Below, piece after piece: positions 50,451-64,000 of a stretch of DNA of 64,000 nucleotides. Source of the DNA: Sphagnum compactum (taxonomy: Eukaryota); assembly GCA_965153455.1 (NCBI GenBank), contig OZ234493.1, positions 4,030,001 through 4,094,000 on the forward strand. The letters run 5' to 3'. The position numbers and the translations under genes were made by a program. Positions within the stretch are counted from its first letter, which is position 1; every line of letters starts with the position of its first letter. The notes beneath the pieces are model-generated. The model was given only the letters and a program-made list of their open reading frames with translations, ran no database searches and was not told the DNA's origin.

Positions 50451-52005
50451 AAAAATGTGTATAATCATATGTGATAACAAAAACTACCATTTATTTTATT
50501 CACATTTGCACCTTAAATTGGTGTGTCTAGGTGGATTAGGTTATTAACTAAGGCTAGATAGTCTAATGAAGGTTCCTAGGTGTTTAGCTTCGGAAAGATG
50601 CAACTATTTTGGTCACAATTGAGGGCAAATGATGTGTTGCCACGTGTCTTAATATTTGATTATTATTATTATTATTATTGTGAAATAATTTAGGATGTCC
50701 AATTCAAATACTTGGATGATACTATATTAAGACACGTGGCCGAATGTAAATATGCCACATGGCATTAAAAATATATTAATATTAGGTTGGTAGGTACCTA
50801 GGTAGGTACATAAATAGGTGCCTACAAACCTAGGCTACATACCAACCTACTTACTCAGGTAAAAAAATAGGTAAGTAGGTTTTACCTTCCTAGGTTAAAT
50901 ACATATTCATATAGGTACGTATTTAGATAGGTAGCTACATAGGTCGACCTAGGTGGGTAGGTCAAACTAGGTACCTACTTAGCTAGGTAGATAAGTAGGT
51001 TGGGAAGGTAAGTACTTTAAAATGTGCATAATTTGTTTTTTTGGTTTTCGGTTGAGCCTTTTGATTAGTTCATCCCATGTGCACAAATTTCTTAATGTGA
51101 AATTGGATGACCACACCCCTTTGTTTATATAATGTTCAAAATAGGAATGAGAACAAACAATATGGGATAAGTTTTGAAGTACCAACTTCTTCACAAACTA
51201 AGTTCTAATTCCAAAACTTTTTTCATTCCTTACTTTTTAGTTTTTAGATTTCTAAACAATACAAGTATTAGATAATTAGATAATCATTTAACTAATAATG
51301 CTTAAATTTACATATATTTAAATTATAAATTATACACTACAAATATTCAATATTCATTATAAATTACTAAAATAAGTAAAAACTTCTTAATATTTAACAA
51401 ACTAACTATCTAGGTACTCATAAGTTATTAATACATAACTCATAAATAATCAGATAATTAAAATATTTTAAAATATTTTATTACTTTTTAAAATCTAATC
51501 GACTAATATATAATATAATTAATATGAAACTAATTTAATGACAATAATTTAAAATTTACATATTTTAAATATTTATGTTAAAATTATAGGTAATGAATTA
51601 ATAATGCTTCGTATCCTGTTCAGAACCAGATCACTTAACTTGACCAAAGTGCCATTTTGGACAAGTCAATTTGGACACATTCCTTTGACCAGGTCTTTTT
51701 GGTTGGTTATTTTGATAGGTTTTTTTATTGGGTTTTTAACTAGATTTTTGAATTACTCAAATGAGATAACAATATATGCACAACAATTAATCAATAATTT
51801 TAAATTATTTAAAACATAATGGCCAAATAATATTTGTCTACCTACATACCTATTTACCTTAATAAATTACCTACCTACTTTAACATATTTAAGCTAATAG
51901 GCTAGCCTAGAGGTTTGGAGTAGTTGACTTTCTTAAATATGTTAGTTAGACACATTCAAATAATTGAAAATGTGAAGATTTGAACCTTTCACCTCCACAC
52001 TAAAA

Positions 52006-54523
52006 CACTAGGAGAAAAAGAAATGTTTTGCAACAAACCTTGTAACTCAATTACAATTATGTCTAAACAACTCATTTTCAACTACTATGCAACTCCATTA
52101 CAAATGCACCCATGATGTCATGTTGACATCATTAAATTTTGTCATCTATTTATTAAAATTTGACATGTGGCATTATGAAAATATTTGGACATAAAATTTA
52201 TTTTCTTTTCGAAATATTGATCTCCATCATCCATTATAATTATTAGTGATGATCTATGATGGTGACATGTGGCACAATAAAAATTGCCACATGACATATT
52301 AATTGGAAAAATAAATAAATTTAAATATCTATTTTAGTAGTTACGTAGGTCGTACATAACCATAGGTAGGTAGGTTTTAAAACATACATACTTACATATT
52401 TACCTAAGGCCTATCTACCTACCTAGGTAAGGTAAAAAAAAAAAGGACCTATTTACCTACCTAAATAAAATACACAAAACTAAATGAACTAAAAAATAAC
52501 TATGAAATTTTATTTTTTATTTTATGTTTTGCCTTTTGGTTAAGCTTTTCTGAACTCATCCCAAAATGACACATGTATTTTAATGTGATAACAAAAGAAA
52601 ATAAACATTTTTTATAGTTGGTAACATGGAATTCAAAAACAAAACATATGAACTAAATATTTTACGTTGAAAATTGAGTTGTAATTGAGTTTCAACTATA
52701 GGGTAAATCGATCAATGATCAAACACTTAAGCACTTAGGGCATGCCAGATCCAAGGGGGGAGCTCCATTGTTTATGGTGTCCAAATAAAACTTGAACCCT
52801 TCCTATTAATGCATGTGGCACATTCAAAATTGTTAACAAAAATAGAATTAAAAAAGTTACGGTCCCCCAAAGTAGAGGGGGTCAAGAATTCAAAAAAACA
52901 AACCACCGAATGGTATAAAGGCTAGTTCCTAAACACCCAAAAAATTCCTTATATGTTGTTCTATTGCTATCAAAATTCAAAGATGATTTATAGAACTTCA
53001 GGTGACGTTCTTATAACACTTTAAATCATTTAAAATGAATAATTATTTTTTATAATTAGGTTTGAAAGTAGAAGGGGTCTAAAGAGGAAAAAAATGTTTT
53101 GTAAATTGGAAAGTTTGTTTTTCTTCTTGTTACTTTTTCATCACTCCTTTTCTTTTTCACTTCAAAGATGAATTATAAAGCTTGTGATAGTGCTCCCATA
53201 ACATTTTAAATCATTCAAAATGAAACACATATGATGAAGATATAAATAAATGTTTAATAAGCAAGTGATTAGTGATGGGTTAGTTTACCTTAGAAAGATT
53301 TTCCCACATGCTTTGTGTTTGTTTTCCATTATGTAAGTTATATAATTAAATTAGTGATTATATGATAATTAAATATGTGAAATAATTATTTAATATTTAG
53401 TTATTTAAAACAGTGATTTGAATTATTTGAAAATTTCAGATAATTTATTATTGGATGATTCATTATCTAAATTAATATAATTAGACACTTATCATTTGAA
53501 ATTGTGAAAAAAATTAATAGTTATTTTAATTAATTAATGAACTAATTATATGAATCAAATTTATTTACAAATCATAATAATTAATTAATTACATATGAAA
53601 TAATATTAATATGTAATAAATTATTGAAAGTAACTCATTACTAAATATTAAATATGAATTTGGGTCAAAAAGATGAAGTTATAAATTGGCATATTCATTT
53701 GTTCATTGAATTGAATTTTAAATACAATGTACACATTGTTTTTGTTTCACATTTAAATTAATTGTCCAATTAATTAATTGTTTAATGAATTAAGATAATT
53801 AACAATTTGGTAATTATTGATGAATTAGTAATTATCTTAAATAATCGATTTAATATATTATGAAGTATCCCCAACTTGGATAAATATTAATTTTATAGTA
53901 ATCAGTTTGTTATTTAGTGGTAAATTAATTTTATGAATTAGGTTTATTTATTCATATTAATAGTCAAATTATTGAATTAATAATATTTATAAACCATCAC
54001 ATATGAATAGTCATAACATAATCGAATAATAGTACTTTAATAATGGTGCATTAGTGACCATACTAATTGTATCAATGGGAATCATAGTCAAAAATTGGTT
54101 GAAACTATATCCCATAATGGGTAGTGGAAATGTGGACATGTGGCATGATCGCATGTATGTACATTGTATAATAGTTACAACATAATTGTTGATTTAATGC
54201 CACATTTATAATAGTTCTAAAATAGTTGCCATATGCAACTACAATGTAACTCCTGAAAAATTCAAATATAGTTGACACATATATATGTACGATGTGTATA
54301 AATGATTGTATAAAAACCATTTTCAATTCACTTGCAACTATAATATAACTAACTAATTTTTTGACATGACAATTTATTTATTAATTATACACTTATTTTT
54401 AAAAGGATAGTTGCATAGTAGTTGTAATACCTAAGGGATAGTTGCGTAATAGTTATATATGAATTTTTTTTGAATTTTAGTTACAGGGTTGTATGGTTTC
54501 AATGGAGTCAATTTTTCATAGTG
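52006..54523. mobile_element. Non-autonomous CACTA-type element with AAA TSD, inserted into a tRNA-like sequence
   Basis: Begins CACTAGGAGAAAAAG and ends TTTTTCATAGTG, with AAA on both sides. The flanks rejoin into an A-box/B-box sequence. Confidence 0.65.
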
Positions 54524-54619
54524 AAAGTCCAAACCTTTAACCATTACACCATTTTTTTCAACAAATGATCATTATTATCATCACATCATTATGAACATTT
54601 TTTCCTATTTTACCTAGTA

Positions 54620-55290
54620 ATTTTAGATTACCTTGAGCTATTTTAGGATAATTTTAAGCTACTTTAAATTATACTTAACTTATTATAGGTTAGGGTACCC
54701 TATGTTATTCCAATTTGTTTTACCCTAAGTTTTTTTTACGTTAGTTAACCCGAAACTAATTTTAGTTATTCAAGGTTATTTCACCCTAAGACATTTTAAA
54801 TGGTTTTTAAATTATTTTTATCTTAAGCTATTATAAGTCATTCAAAGTTATTTAACATTAAGTTATACATTTTTTATTGTAAATTATTTTAGGTTATTCT
54901 ATGTTATTATACCTTAAATTATTCTAAGTTACTAAATATCGTAAACCATTTTAATATATTTTAAGCTATGTGATATTAAACTATTCTAAATTATTTTATT
55001 TTAAGCTTGTTTTACCCTAGGTAATTTTAGGAAATTTTAGATTATTTTACTTTAGCTTATTATAGCCTAAGCCTATAATAACCTAAGGTAAAACATCATA
55101 AAATAACCTAGGATAACCTATAATAACCTAGAATAATCTAAGTTAAAATAACCTAAGATAACCTAGGAAAGCTTAAAACAAGCTTTAAAAAAAAACTTTA
55201 AATAACTTGGGGTAAAAGATTGTAAAATAACCTAGGGCAAATAATTTACAACATGTTATAATAGTTTAGGCTTTAGGTAAGTTACCTAGG
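54620..55290. repeat. AT-rich degenerate satellite, second array
   Basis: 'ggttatt' units switch to 'aataacc' units near 55060. Confidence 0.75.
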
Positions 55291-58200
55291 TTTAACAAGG
55301 ATGCTAATTAACCAAATTTGTATGATTAATTTGACCAAGTTTTTGCCATTTAGTATGGCCTATTTGATGAAGCCCTGGATAGCCATCTTCATGAACTTTT
55401 TTTTTAATTTGTCCTTTTTTGACTACATGTACAACATGACACTTGGTCGAAAATGTCATTTTAGTCAAAATAAACAATCAAAAGAAGAATATGTCTTTCA
55501 TGCCATATTGTTTTAATAAAAATGAACATCCCTTTTGTTCAATGTTTTTATTTTGACAAAATTAAACATTATAAAAAGTCACGATTTCTTATAATGTATT
55601 GCAATTTAATTTTTGAATGGAAAACTCTTTAATTCCAATGGGCATTGAAATAAAAGATCATACTGATTTACAAAATACAAATGATAAATTTAACAAACTT
55701 TGGTTATATAGGAATTTCAAATCATGCACATTAGACCACACAAAAAAAATGAATTGTCACAATTAATTAACACTAATGAATCCTATTGGTTGTCCTCATA
55801 ATTACATCTTATGTAGGGAAAGGCACATTTAGACCAATAATAATAAATTATTCCTTGAATTTAAAAACATTTTGATATTCAAATAGTAAAAAACAAAATG
55901 TCAAAGGGTCATGGATTCTTCCATACACAATGTGCATCTACTATGCACCAAGAAATGGTCAAGACCTAAAAAGGTCATATGTGCAACTCATAAGTGCAAC
56001 AAATTGTGGTTTTTTATAAACATCATGATCTATGTGCTCCAATTATATCATGGTTACAACATAATTGAGGATGGTAATATCTAATAATTGTCACAACACC
56101 ACAAAATTACCAAGTTTTCAAGAGAGGCATATTGCCACTTGTTAAAATATTTATAAATTAGTTCCAAAAAAAGTTCTAATTTTTTTTTTTCAAACTTGTT
56201 CGAAAAAACATTGACCTCCAAGTGCATGGTCTACAATCTTTTTAAGGTTCATGTTAGATCATTTAAAAAAGTTGTGGCAAAATAGGCCATTACAGAATAT
56301 GACTCTTATGTGACATTTGAATGTTTTAAAAGTTCATATTTCATTTAAAAAAAGGGCATGCAATGAATTGATCCATTTGAATTGTTAAAGTCAATACCCC
56401 TTATTAGAGAACCTTCACCATAAGAAATAACAAGTACCAATTAAAGGATTGATTTACAATTAATGTAATGAGGGCAATGAAGGCTACGACAATGACCAAT
56501 CAATTTGTTGAAATGAACATCCATAAACACTTCATGGCCTAAGAATTGTGATTCGATAATTTTGTTGATATTGATCCTTTTTCAATACATCCCATCAATT
56601 CACATTTGAAAGCACTAATAGGATGGCCTTTAACACTTTCAATATTTGTTCTTTGAAGGTGAACTTCTCTTTGCAACCTCAATGCTTGGTTTGCATTCAT
56701 TTATGAAACTCACAACAAACAACATTGTATAACCAATGAACACAAACATATTAGCAAGAATCATCAACTTTATCATTTGTTATGATCCCATCTACACTCT
56801 GCTTGCAAAAACCTCATAATTACCCTGAGTACCAATTGTAGCTCCCAATGAGAACATGATTTTTCATGTGCATAGTTACAAAGTGCAGTTAAAACTTAAC
56901 CGCTAAGCAGTACCATGGACTTCAAATCAAATTACATGGAAATGTTGCAAAAATTACATGTGCACTTGAATGAAAAATAAAATCATCACTCTTTTGATAC
57001 AATTAAAGATATACATTAGAACATTCCTTTTTGATAAAGAAGCTTGAAAAATGCATTTTTTCATGTAATTTGAAAAACATATCAATGAGAAGAAAAAGAA
57101 ATACATAGATCAACTATAGAACAAATTTTTTGCATTCATTCTAAATTTATTGGTGATGAGCCACACAATAATATTAACGTTCCATTATTACATAGAAATG
57201 CAAAAAATCAAAATGTGAAGCAAACACTAATGTTTTTGAGACTTCTAACATTTTTTTAAACAAAATTTTGCCACTTGGTGAGAAAGAAGAAAAGGGCTTG
57301 TGAAGGCTCCACATAATTTTTGAAAAAATCCACCGAATTCACTTCTTAGATATTTGTTGTAAGACATTGATTTCTTGTAGTTTCTTATTTGTGATTGAAA
57401 CTTAATCTAGTGTGAATGAGATTTTGATTTTTTTGTGTTTGGAAAGTTTATCCCCATGACGTGGTTTGAGATTCCAAAGCAAACATGAAAAAAATGATAG
57501 TTTTGTGCATTTTGAACTTGGATTCTTGTCATTTGTAAATGGGTTTTCTTGAATTCATGTGCACATTTTCACATGTATGATTTTTTTAGTTTCAATAGTG
57601 CTAGGCATCAATCTTGTAGCACACAACACATTGGGTTTTGAGGAAATGTTTTTGAATTCATTAAATTTAGGAAGAAACCCCAAAGAGGAGGGAGACAACA
57701 ACCTTGTAAAAAATTTAATAAGAATTTAAAAATATAATATCATAAGAAAACATAGATTTAGACAATAGGCAAGTCCGCTTGTCACTTGTCCATAATAAGA
57801 TGTCTAATTTGTTTTCAAATTGCTCATTTGACCTATAGCAAAATTTGGCTAAGTCCTCTTTCAAATGATTACCAATGCACTTTCTTCACAAAATTGAAAA
57901 AAGAAAAACCCTTGCCTTTCACCTGCCTCTCTATTGAAAAAAGTCATTCTCTTATTCACCTCTACTTTCCTATTCATTGGATGGGTTGTTTCCCAAAGTT
58001 CTATTTATTTATTTATTTTCCAATGGGCCATTATGATTGGCACATCACCCAAAAAAAAATTGAAACCTAGGAAGGTCCCCAAAATAACAATTTTTATGTG
58101 AGAATGGGAGTGCTTCCCCTTTGACCCACCTATATGTGAGAAAGTGAGAACTTTTGGGCAGCAAATATGGGATAAAGTGAGGTGCTATTTTTGAGGAACA

Positions 58201-58491
58201 CATTGAGAACTTGAGGAACATAATTGAGAACAAGTTGAGAACATGATAGAACACAAGAATAAAAAAAAGGCCCAAAGGAAAAAAATGAAATGAACCCTCT
58301 TTAGTGTATGTTAATTGGCTGCTGAAGGAAATATTTTTATTCCTATTCCTAGACATGTCCCCCTCCCCCCCCCCTTTTTTGTTTGGCCTTGGTTATTACC
58401 CCTTCTAGAAAGCACGCCATACCTATCCATACATATTTGATTGAGAAAAAAAACAAGTCACAAAATCAAAACCAGTTGTGAACAAGGGGGT

Positions 58492-58805
58492 GTGTCACAC
58501 TATGGCCTTGCCATTTACATTAAAAAAATCTTAAGGCAAAAGAAGAATTATGGGAAATTTAAATATTTCACCACGCAAAAATATAATCATAAAAAAAAAA
58601 TCCTCTAAAAGAAACCAAAATCCTTCAAGATATCATATTAACTCTATATCTAATCTCAAGTTTCAACACAAGCCAAAATTATCATGTTTCAAAAATCCTC
58701 ATATAAAAATAGACCTACTACCTGGGGGCCGAAATCCCTTAAGCTACTAGACTCTACAATGAATATAAGCACAAATATCGTTACCTTGCTTGGTAGGCAA
58801 GGCCA
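58492..58805 (-). repeat. Dispersed repeat ending in TGTGACA, copy 3 (inverted)
   Basis: Reverse complement of 4405-4725. Confidence 0.8.
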
Positions 58806-58817
58806 ACAAAGAATTCT

Positions 58818-59125
58818 TGTTGGGAAATAAAACCAAAGCAAAGAATTTGTCGCCTATGTTCCCTAGGAGCTGTTGAGGATGAAGAGCACCTGTTGCTAGT
58901 GTGCCCAGCTCACCATGACATTCGTTGCAAGTTTGATCAACAGCTAGGGAAACAGTTGACACCATGCAGCTTACTGCCTGAATTGATGCATTCGACTACT
59001 CAAAAAGCGATAGCTTTGTACTTAGTTTCTTGCCTAGATAACAGGAGTGTTTTGCTCAAATCAACTAGGTAATAGTCGTCAACTGGATCTCTCTGGTCCG
59101 GATATTGACGTTAAATAAAAGATTC
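58818..59125 (+). mobile_element. 5'-truncated LINE 3' end with a CCHC knuckle (RTEX-like motif)
   Basis: Open frame WEIKPKQRICRLCSLGAVEDEEHLLLVCPAHHDIR...KSTR* (stop 59070-59072), followed by a short 3' UTR with AATAAA. Confidence 0.75.
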
Positions 59126-60093
59126 AAACATCCGCCAACAGAAGAACATGCACAAAACACAAAGCAGGTACACACTTTGCAAATTGAGCAACAACAAACA
59201 AGGCACAAAGAAACAACTCATTGGCACACACACATTAGCCAACTTCTACATGCCCAGAATACAAAAAGTACACACATCCTTCAAATTGAGCCCTAACAAA
59301 CAAGGTGCAAAGAACAACTGACTCATTAGAGTTATCCATAAAGTCACCCTCTGTTTCACCCCCTATCCCCTCTTTCAGCGGCATCCGCAAAGTAAGGGAA
59401 TTTGATTAAATCTGGGTATGAAATGCTGAAACTCAGCATTTATTGCCCAAGGTTCGAGAGTAATTATATAGAAGTTGTACAAGTAGGAGCAGTGAAAATA
59501 TATGTAGCTAGCAGCAGCAGTGCAGGCGCTTAGGAAAAAGGAAACACAGGATGAAACTCAGTAAGTTTACCCACCAAAATTGGTGGAAAAACTCAGTTTG
59601 GATCCCAGTTATTTCCTTTTGTAAAAGTTTCATTCCCAGTTACGCGTTTGATGCCCTATTATGCCGAAACTGGCCGTTCTCACCCCCTAATCGCCTGACT
59701 TTACCGATAACTCTATTGACCCCAACCTCATTGACCCCCACTGACAAGAACCCTAATAAATTATTCAATTTTGTTAGAAAAATTTAAACTAAAAGAAAAG
59801 TTATTAATAATTTAATTTAATTTAATTCCAAAAATAAATATTATTATTATTATTATTATTTATTTTAAAAAAAAAGTCACCCTCAAACTTTTCTACTTAG
59901 ACAAGGATCTCAGGTCCTGAGATCTGGTTTAAGATCTCAAATAAGGGACAGAACGACGTGGCCTCACCAGCGTCCAGTATTTTTGGACAGGCTCCCTCCT
60001 CAATCAAACAACAACAACAGTCACGAGACTTGATGATGCTCGTCAGGACTAGTTACTTACTAGTTACTAACTGCGCTTCTTTTGTCTTCTTCT

Positions 60094-60400
60094 CAGTGGT
60101 TTTTTTTTTCGGGGGGGGGGGGGAATCAATTTCTGGCGATGATCCCACGAGGACGAAGATTCTTCAGTCAATTTTGGCTATAGACTAAATATGAAACCAA
60201 AAAAATTATACACATCCTTTTATATTTCTGGCTACCTACTTGAAAACAATTGTAGAAATATGGAGATTTTGTTTTTCTTTCAATTTGGCGGATTCTGGCT
60301 ATTGGAATTCTGAAAAAACACTTGATTTTAGCACTTTTAATTTTTTAAAATATAGCTTTCTGGCTATCATTAAATACTAGCTAGCCAAAAAAAAAGGCTG
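60094..60400. mobile_element. MITE-like element, CAGTG...AAAAGGCTG
   Basis: Its right half is the reverse complement of 7790-7938; same terminal style as 18897-19208. Confidence 0.55.
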
Positions 60401-61567
60401 TGAATTTTCTTCACACACACACACACACACACTCTCTTCTTCTCTACTGTTTGTTGCGGAGGGCTGGCGTAGCTTCGCAGAGTGGTGCGCAGGAGTCGTG
60501 GCGGCTGTTGTCGATGCTGTTGCTGCTTACGTCTTGTGCTTGCCTGTATTGTCATCACTGCATTGATCCTCTGTGTGTGTGTCTCTCTTTCTGTTATCGT
60601 GTCTGTTTCTTTTAGCTGTCTTTTGTTCCTAGAGGTATTTACCTTCTGGTTGGATTGATGCGAGCTGGCAGTTGTGCAAAAGGAGTAGGAGGAGGAGGAG
60701 GAGGAGGAGGAGGAGATGATGATGGAGAGGAAAAGCACATGAGTGAATCGGAAGTGTGACATCTTATTTTTTGGGTGTTTTTCTATAGTGGGTTTATTTT
60801 ATTTTATTTATTTATTTTCCGTGTGTGGAATAGGTAGAAATGTGGGAGCCAAGGTTTTCGTTTGAGGCAGTACTATGTGGAGTCTTCTACGAGGATGTGG
60901 TGTGTAGTAGCAAGCTGCTTTTTCACATATGTTGAAGTCGACGGTAGCTGGAGTAAGGAGGAGGGTGGGCTGTGGAGAAGGGTTAGTGTGTAATAATATG
61001 GGAAACCGCACACGTGATCGCTGCTGCAACAAGAACCATCCAGGTACAGGATCTCGCATTTGTGAGGGCAGAGTCTTAAAAGAAATGCTATCACTCTGAT
61101 AGCAGCAGGTTAGGGCTAGGAATGGCCATTTTTGGCCTAGAGACTTGTCAGGACATATGCCATACATGCCCTTGCATTGGACTGTGTTTGATGTGCTCAC
61201 ATTGCACAATGTAAGGAAATGTATTGCAAGGACAATGCTCACATCATGCAATGCCCTAGGAGTAAACATAAGCAAAGGCTGTGCAAGGGTGTTACAGAAC
61301 AAGGTGCCATTTTGCTCTTGGAGGTTAAAGTTCTTGGTACTATCATTGTGGGATGTTAGCTGCATGTACCGCAGTTGGAATTCACATAGTTGGAGGATTT
61401 CAATGGGGTTTGTTTTTTTTCCTGTGTATGGCTTTCTGAAGCTGGGTTGTGAGCAGCAGCAGGGTATTCTTGCAAGTTGGCGGTGCTGAGATTTGTTGAT
61501 GAGAGGGTTCATTGGTTGTGACTGACTATATTGGTGTATTTGTGATGATTTTGTAGGTGGGTTTCTC

Positions 61568-63962
61568 ATGGCAAGCTGGATATCCAAGAGTCCAGGGAGG
61601 AGGACCCTCTTCTGGTCGATGGTTTTCCTTCTGCTTGATGCAAGTGGATGTGTAAGAGCCATGAACTCTACATTCCAGGAGCTTTCTTCTTGTCTATCGA
61701 CAGAGGTGCAGGCCACTTATCAATGCCAGCATCAAGACATCTGTACGTCTGTGGCATTCTCCTTACACATACAGCTTACACTCTGTCAAGGCATGCAAAA
61801 GTTGGGATAGTTGTCACTTAGTTGTCAATCTGCATAGCTGTGCTCATCTTTATGGTTCTGCCAAACCAGTATTGTGTGGTTGATAGGTCTATGCTTTTTG
61901 AGAATCTCTTAAGTTATTTGTCAATTTTGGTTGTGGCAGTGACAGTGGCTCGTGATGGATTTGATTATCCAGAAGACATTTTAACACACAATCGTTGCTT
62001 GCCGCATTGTGAAATGTGCTGGGATGCAAATTGGTGCCCTCTATCTTTGTATGTGTGAATACATACCCTCTCAATGTCAAGGTCTCGTCTAACAATTTTA
62101 CTTCTGCATTGTCTGTTTCCTTCACTATTTTAAGTAATCAACATCAGATTGGACTTAGCAGTGTGGGATGTATTCTATGTGCCATGGCCTGGAGGATCTT
62201 TATTGCTTATAATTGCAGACTTACATTACACCTTTGGAGTCTGTCATCAATCTGAGCATCTTATGAACAGCACTACGTAGGAAGTGGGGATCTCACTTGG
62301 TTTCTCATTGTCATTCTATATGCAACTTGTCTGCAATGTGTCCCAACAGGTCCATTTGATTTGAGCTGGCTGTTGATGCAAGTCTGTCAAGAAACTAGCA
62401 AGCCTATTTTGAATGTTCAGAGTTTCTTTTGCTGTTGGCTGTTGCAGGAACTTTTCAGGCCTTCATAATGGTGGTTACAACCACAATGAAAATCTTTCTA
62501 ACTGGTCACTCTCAGAAATATTTGAACCAAATCAGTACTCAAATGCACAGTGGTTGTCACAAAAGATGAACCTACTGTTCAGTAATGCCACTGTGCAGAA
62601 GACTCTTCAGTATCTCATCCTTCCATTCAACAACATGACAGGCAACATCAGCACTCTGGAGGGCCTCCAGAGTCTACATACCCTGTAGGCTCTCATGTCC
62701 ATGGCTACTTTCATTCTTTCTGCATTTATTGATTATTCTTTGCCCCTTGCGGTCCCCTTTGGTATTGGTCATCCCTGTGACAAAATCCATGGATTGCCTA
62801 GAATGAGTGGCCAAAGCCTACTCTGCAGTGTGACAGTCTTGTGGTGGAAAGGCTAGGCACCTTGTGTTTGGGCTTTTGCATTGACATGCCAGGTATTTAT
62901 TATGCACTAGTGCTTGTGAGTGAGGCTCTGCAGTTTTTTCTTGTGGGGAAACTGCATACAGTTTTCGTGTCTCTAATTTTGCTATTATAAACCTTTGTTT
63001 TCTGACTAACCTCTATTACACACACCATTATCCAGCATGGGTGCACATCTATTTTGATACCAGAGTTTTACTTCAAATGCAGAGACTTGAGGAACAACAA
63101 ACTCTTTGGAAACTTGGACTTCCTTTCAAGGATTCAGACTCTGAATTCCTTGTGAGATTACTTCCCAATTGTGTTTTGGAATTGTTGCACATTGAATTGG
63201 ATCTCTGATAATCTCAAGAGTCTCCTGTTGATTTGCTTATCTCTGCTAATTGCTGTTGCCAAATAATGGTGGTTGGAATAACTGGTTTGAATTCCAGCAC
63301 ACTAATGTGGGTTCTGTATGGGCACATGTCATTCAGGAATGTTTCCTACAACTCAAAACTCAGCATGACCCCATCTCTATTCTCAAAAAGGTTTGGCAGT
63401 TCCAGGTTAGTCTGAAATATTCCAGTTTGTTTGCCTGACATTTTCTTAACAAGACAAGCAAATCTTTGTTGAAGTGGCTGTTTTTCAAGGTTAAACTTTT
63501 GACAACCTTCCACTTGACCATGAGATCTCCTGTGTCTGAAACAGTTTCCTTGGGACAGAAGACATAAAAGATTGGCCAAAACCTGCTGGTTTACAGCTCC
63601 CTCCCTCCAAGGGTAACTCCTGGCCCTTCCTGGAAATGACAACACTTCGCCTCATTTTCATCTATCTATTGCCTTAGCTGGTTCTTTTGTAGCTGGAAAA
63701 AAAGCAAGGGAGGGTTTTTGCCATTGCTGTCTCTCTTTTGCCAACTGGGGTGATATTAGTTCTAAAGAGATTTTGAAGGATGGAGGCCGTTTGGTGATCC
63801 ATGCAGGCTCAGTCTCATCAGGGCATTCAAGACGCATGGGAGAATTCATTGGGCTGACATTTGGGGTTGTTGCCATTGCTGTACTAATTGTCACTGCTCT
63901 CTTGTACTTTCTGAGAGAGGGAGATGATAGCAAAGTGCTCTCCAAAAGTCCTTCACTTGGAG
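61568..63962 (+). CDS. LRR receptor-like kinase or protein, 5' part (signal peptide, short LRR ectodomain, TM helix); continues beyond the right edge
   Basis: Phase-consistent exons 61568-61742, 61940-62048, 62448-62684, 63083-63151, 63337-63405, 63545-63612, 63807-63962. LRRs LQYLILPFNNMTG, LHTLDLRNNKLFG and LNSLNVSYNSKL, then SSSFLGT, a Pro-rich linker and TM FIGLTFGVVAIAVLIVTALLYFL. The kinase domain is not within the window. Confidence 0.85.
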
Positions 63963-64000
63963 GTGAGATCAGATTTTCTGATCCTATGATTTCTTTTGGA

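Noticed and set aside
60808-61716. 302-aa minus-strand ORF
   Set aside because: Antisense to the LRR gene leader and first exon, with no recognisable domain; probably chance, though not excluded without expression data.

Overview
AT-rich land-plant nuclear DNA with GT-AG introns. The repeat style suggests a bryophyte such as Sphagnum, but that is an impression and is not verified. Four apparently intact genes are present: an unidentified minus-strand gene running off the left edge, an 8-exon coiled-coil gene of the At1g14680/At4g09060 type, an intronless mitochondrial ATP synthase gamma subunit, and the 5' part of an LRR receptor gene running off the right edge. There are two pseudogenes: DRP2 dynamin exons fused to an unrelated 5' exon, and a P-class PPR gene resembling At5g02860. 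The rest is decayed transposon DNA: Copia, hAT with an 8-bp TSD, nested CACTA-type elements, pogo-like, MULE-like, and two non-LTR retroelement 3' ends. The most striking structure is a 5.1-kb foldback (13180-18299). It has 1.42-kb inverted arms built from tandem repeats, Helitron-like TCTACTTATATAATA termini at both ends, and gene-like DNA in the spacer. All family assignments come from recalled motifs; no database search was run.
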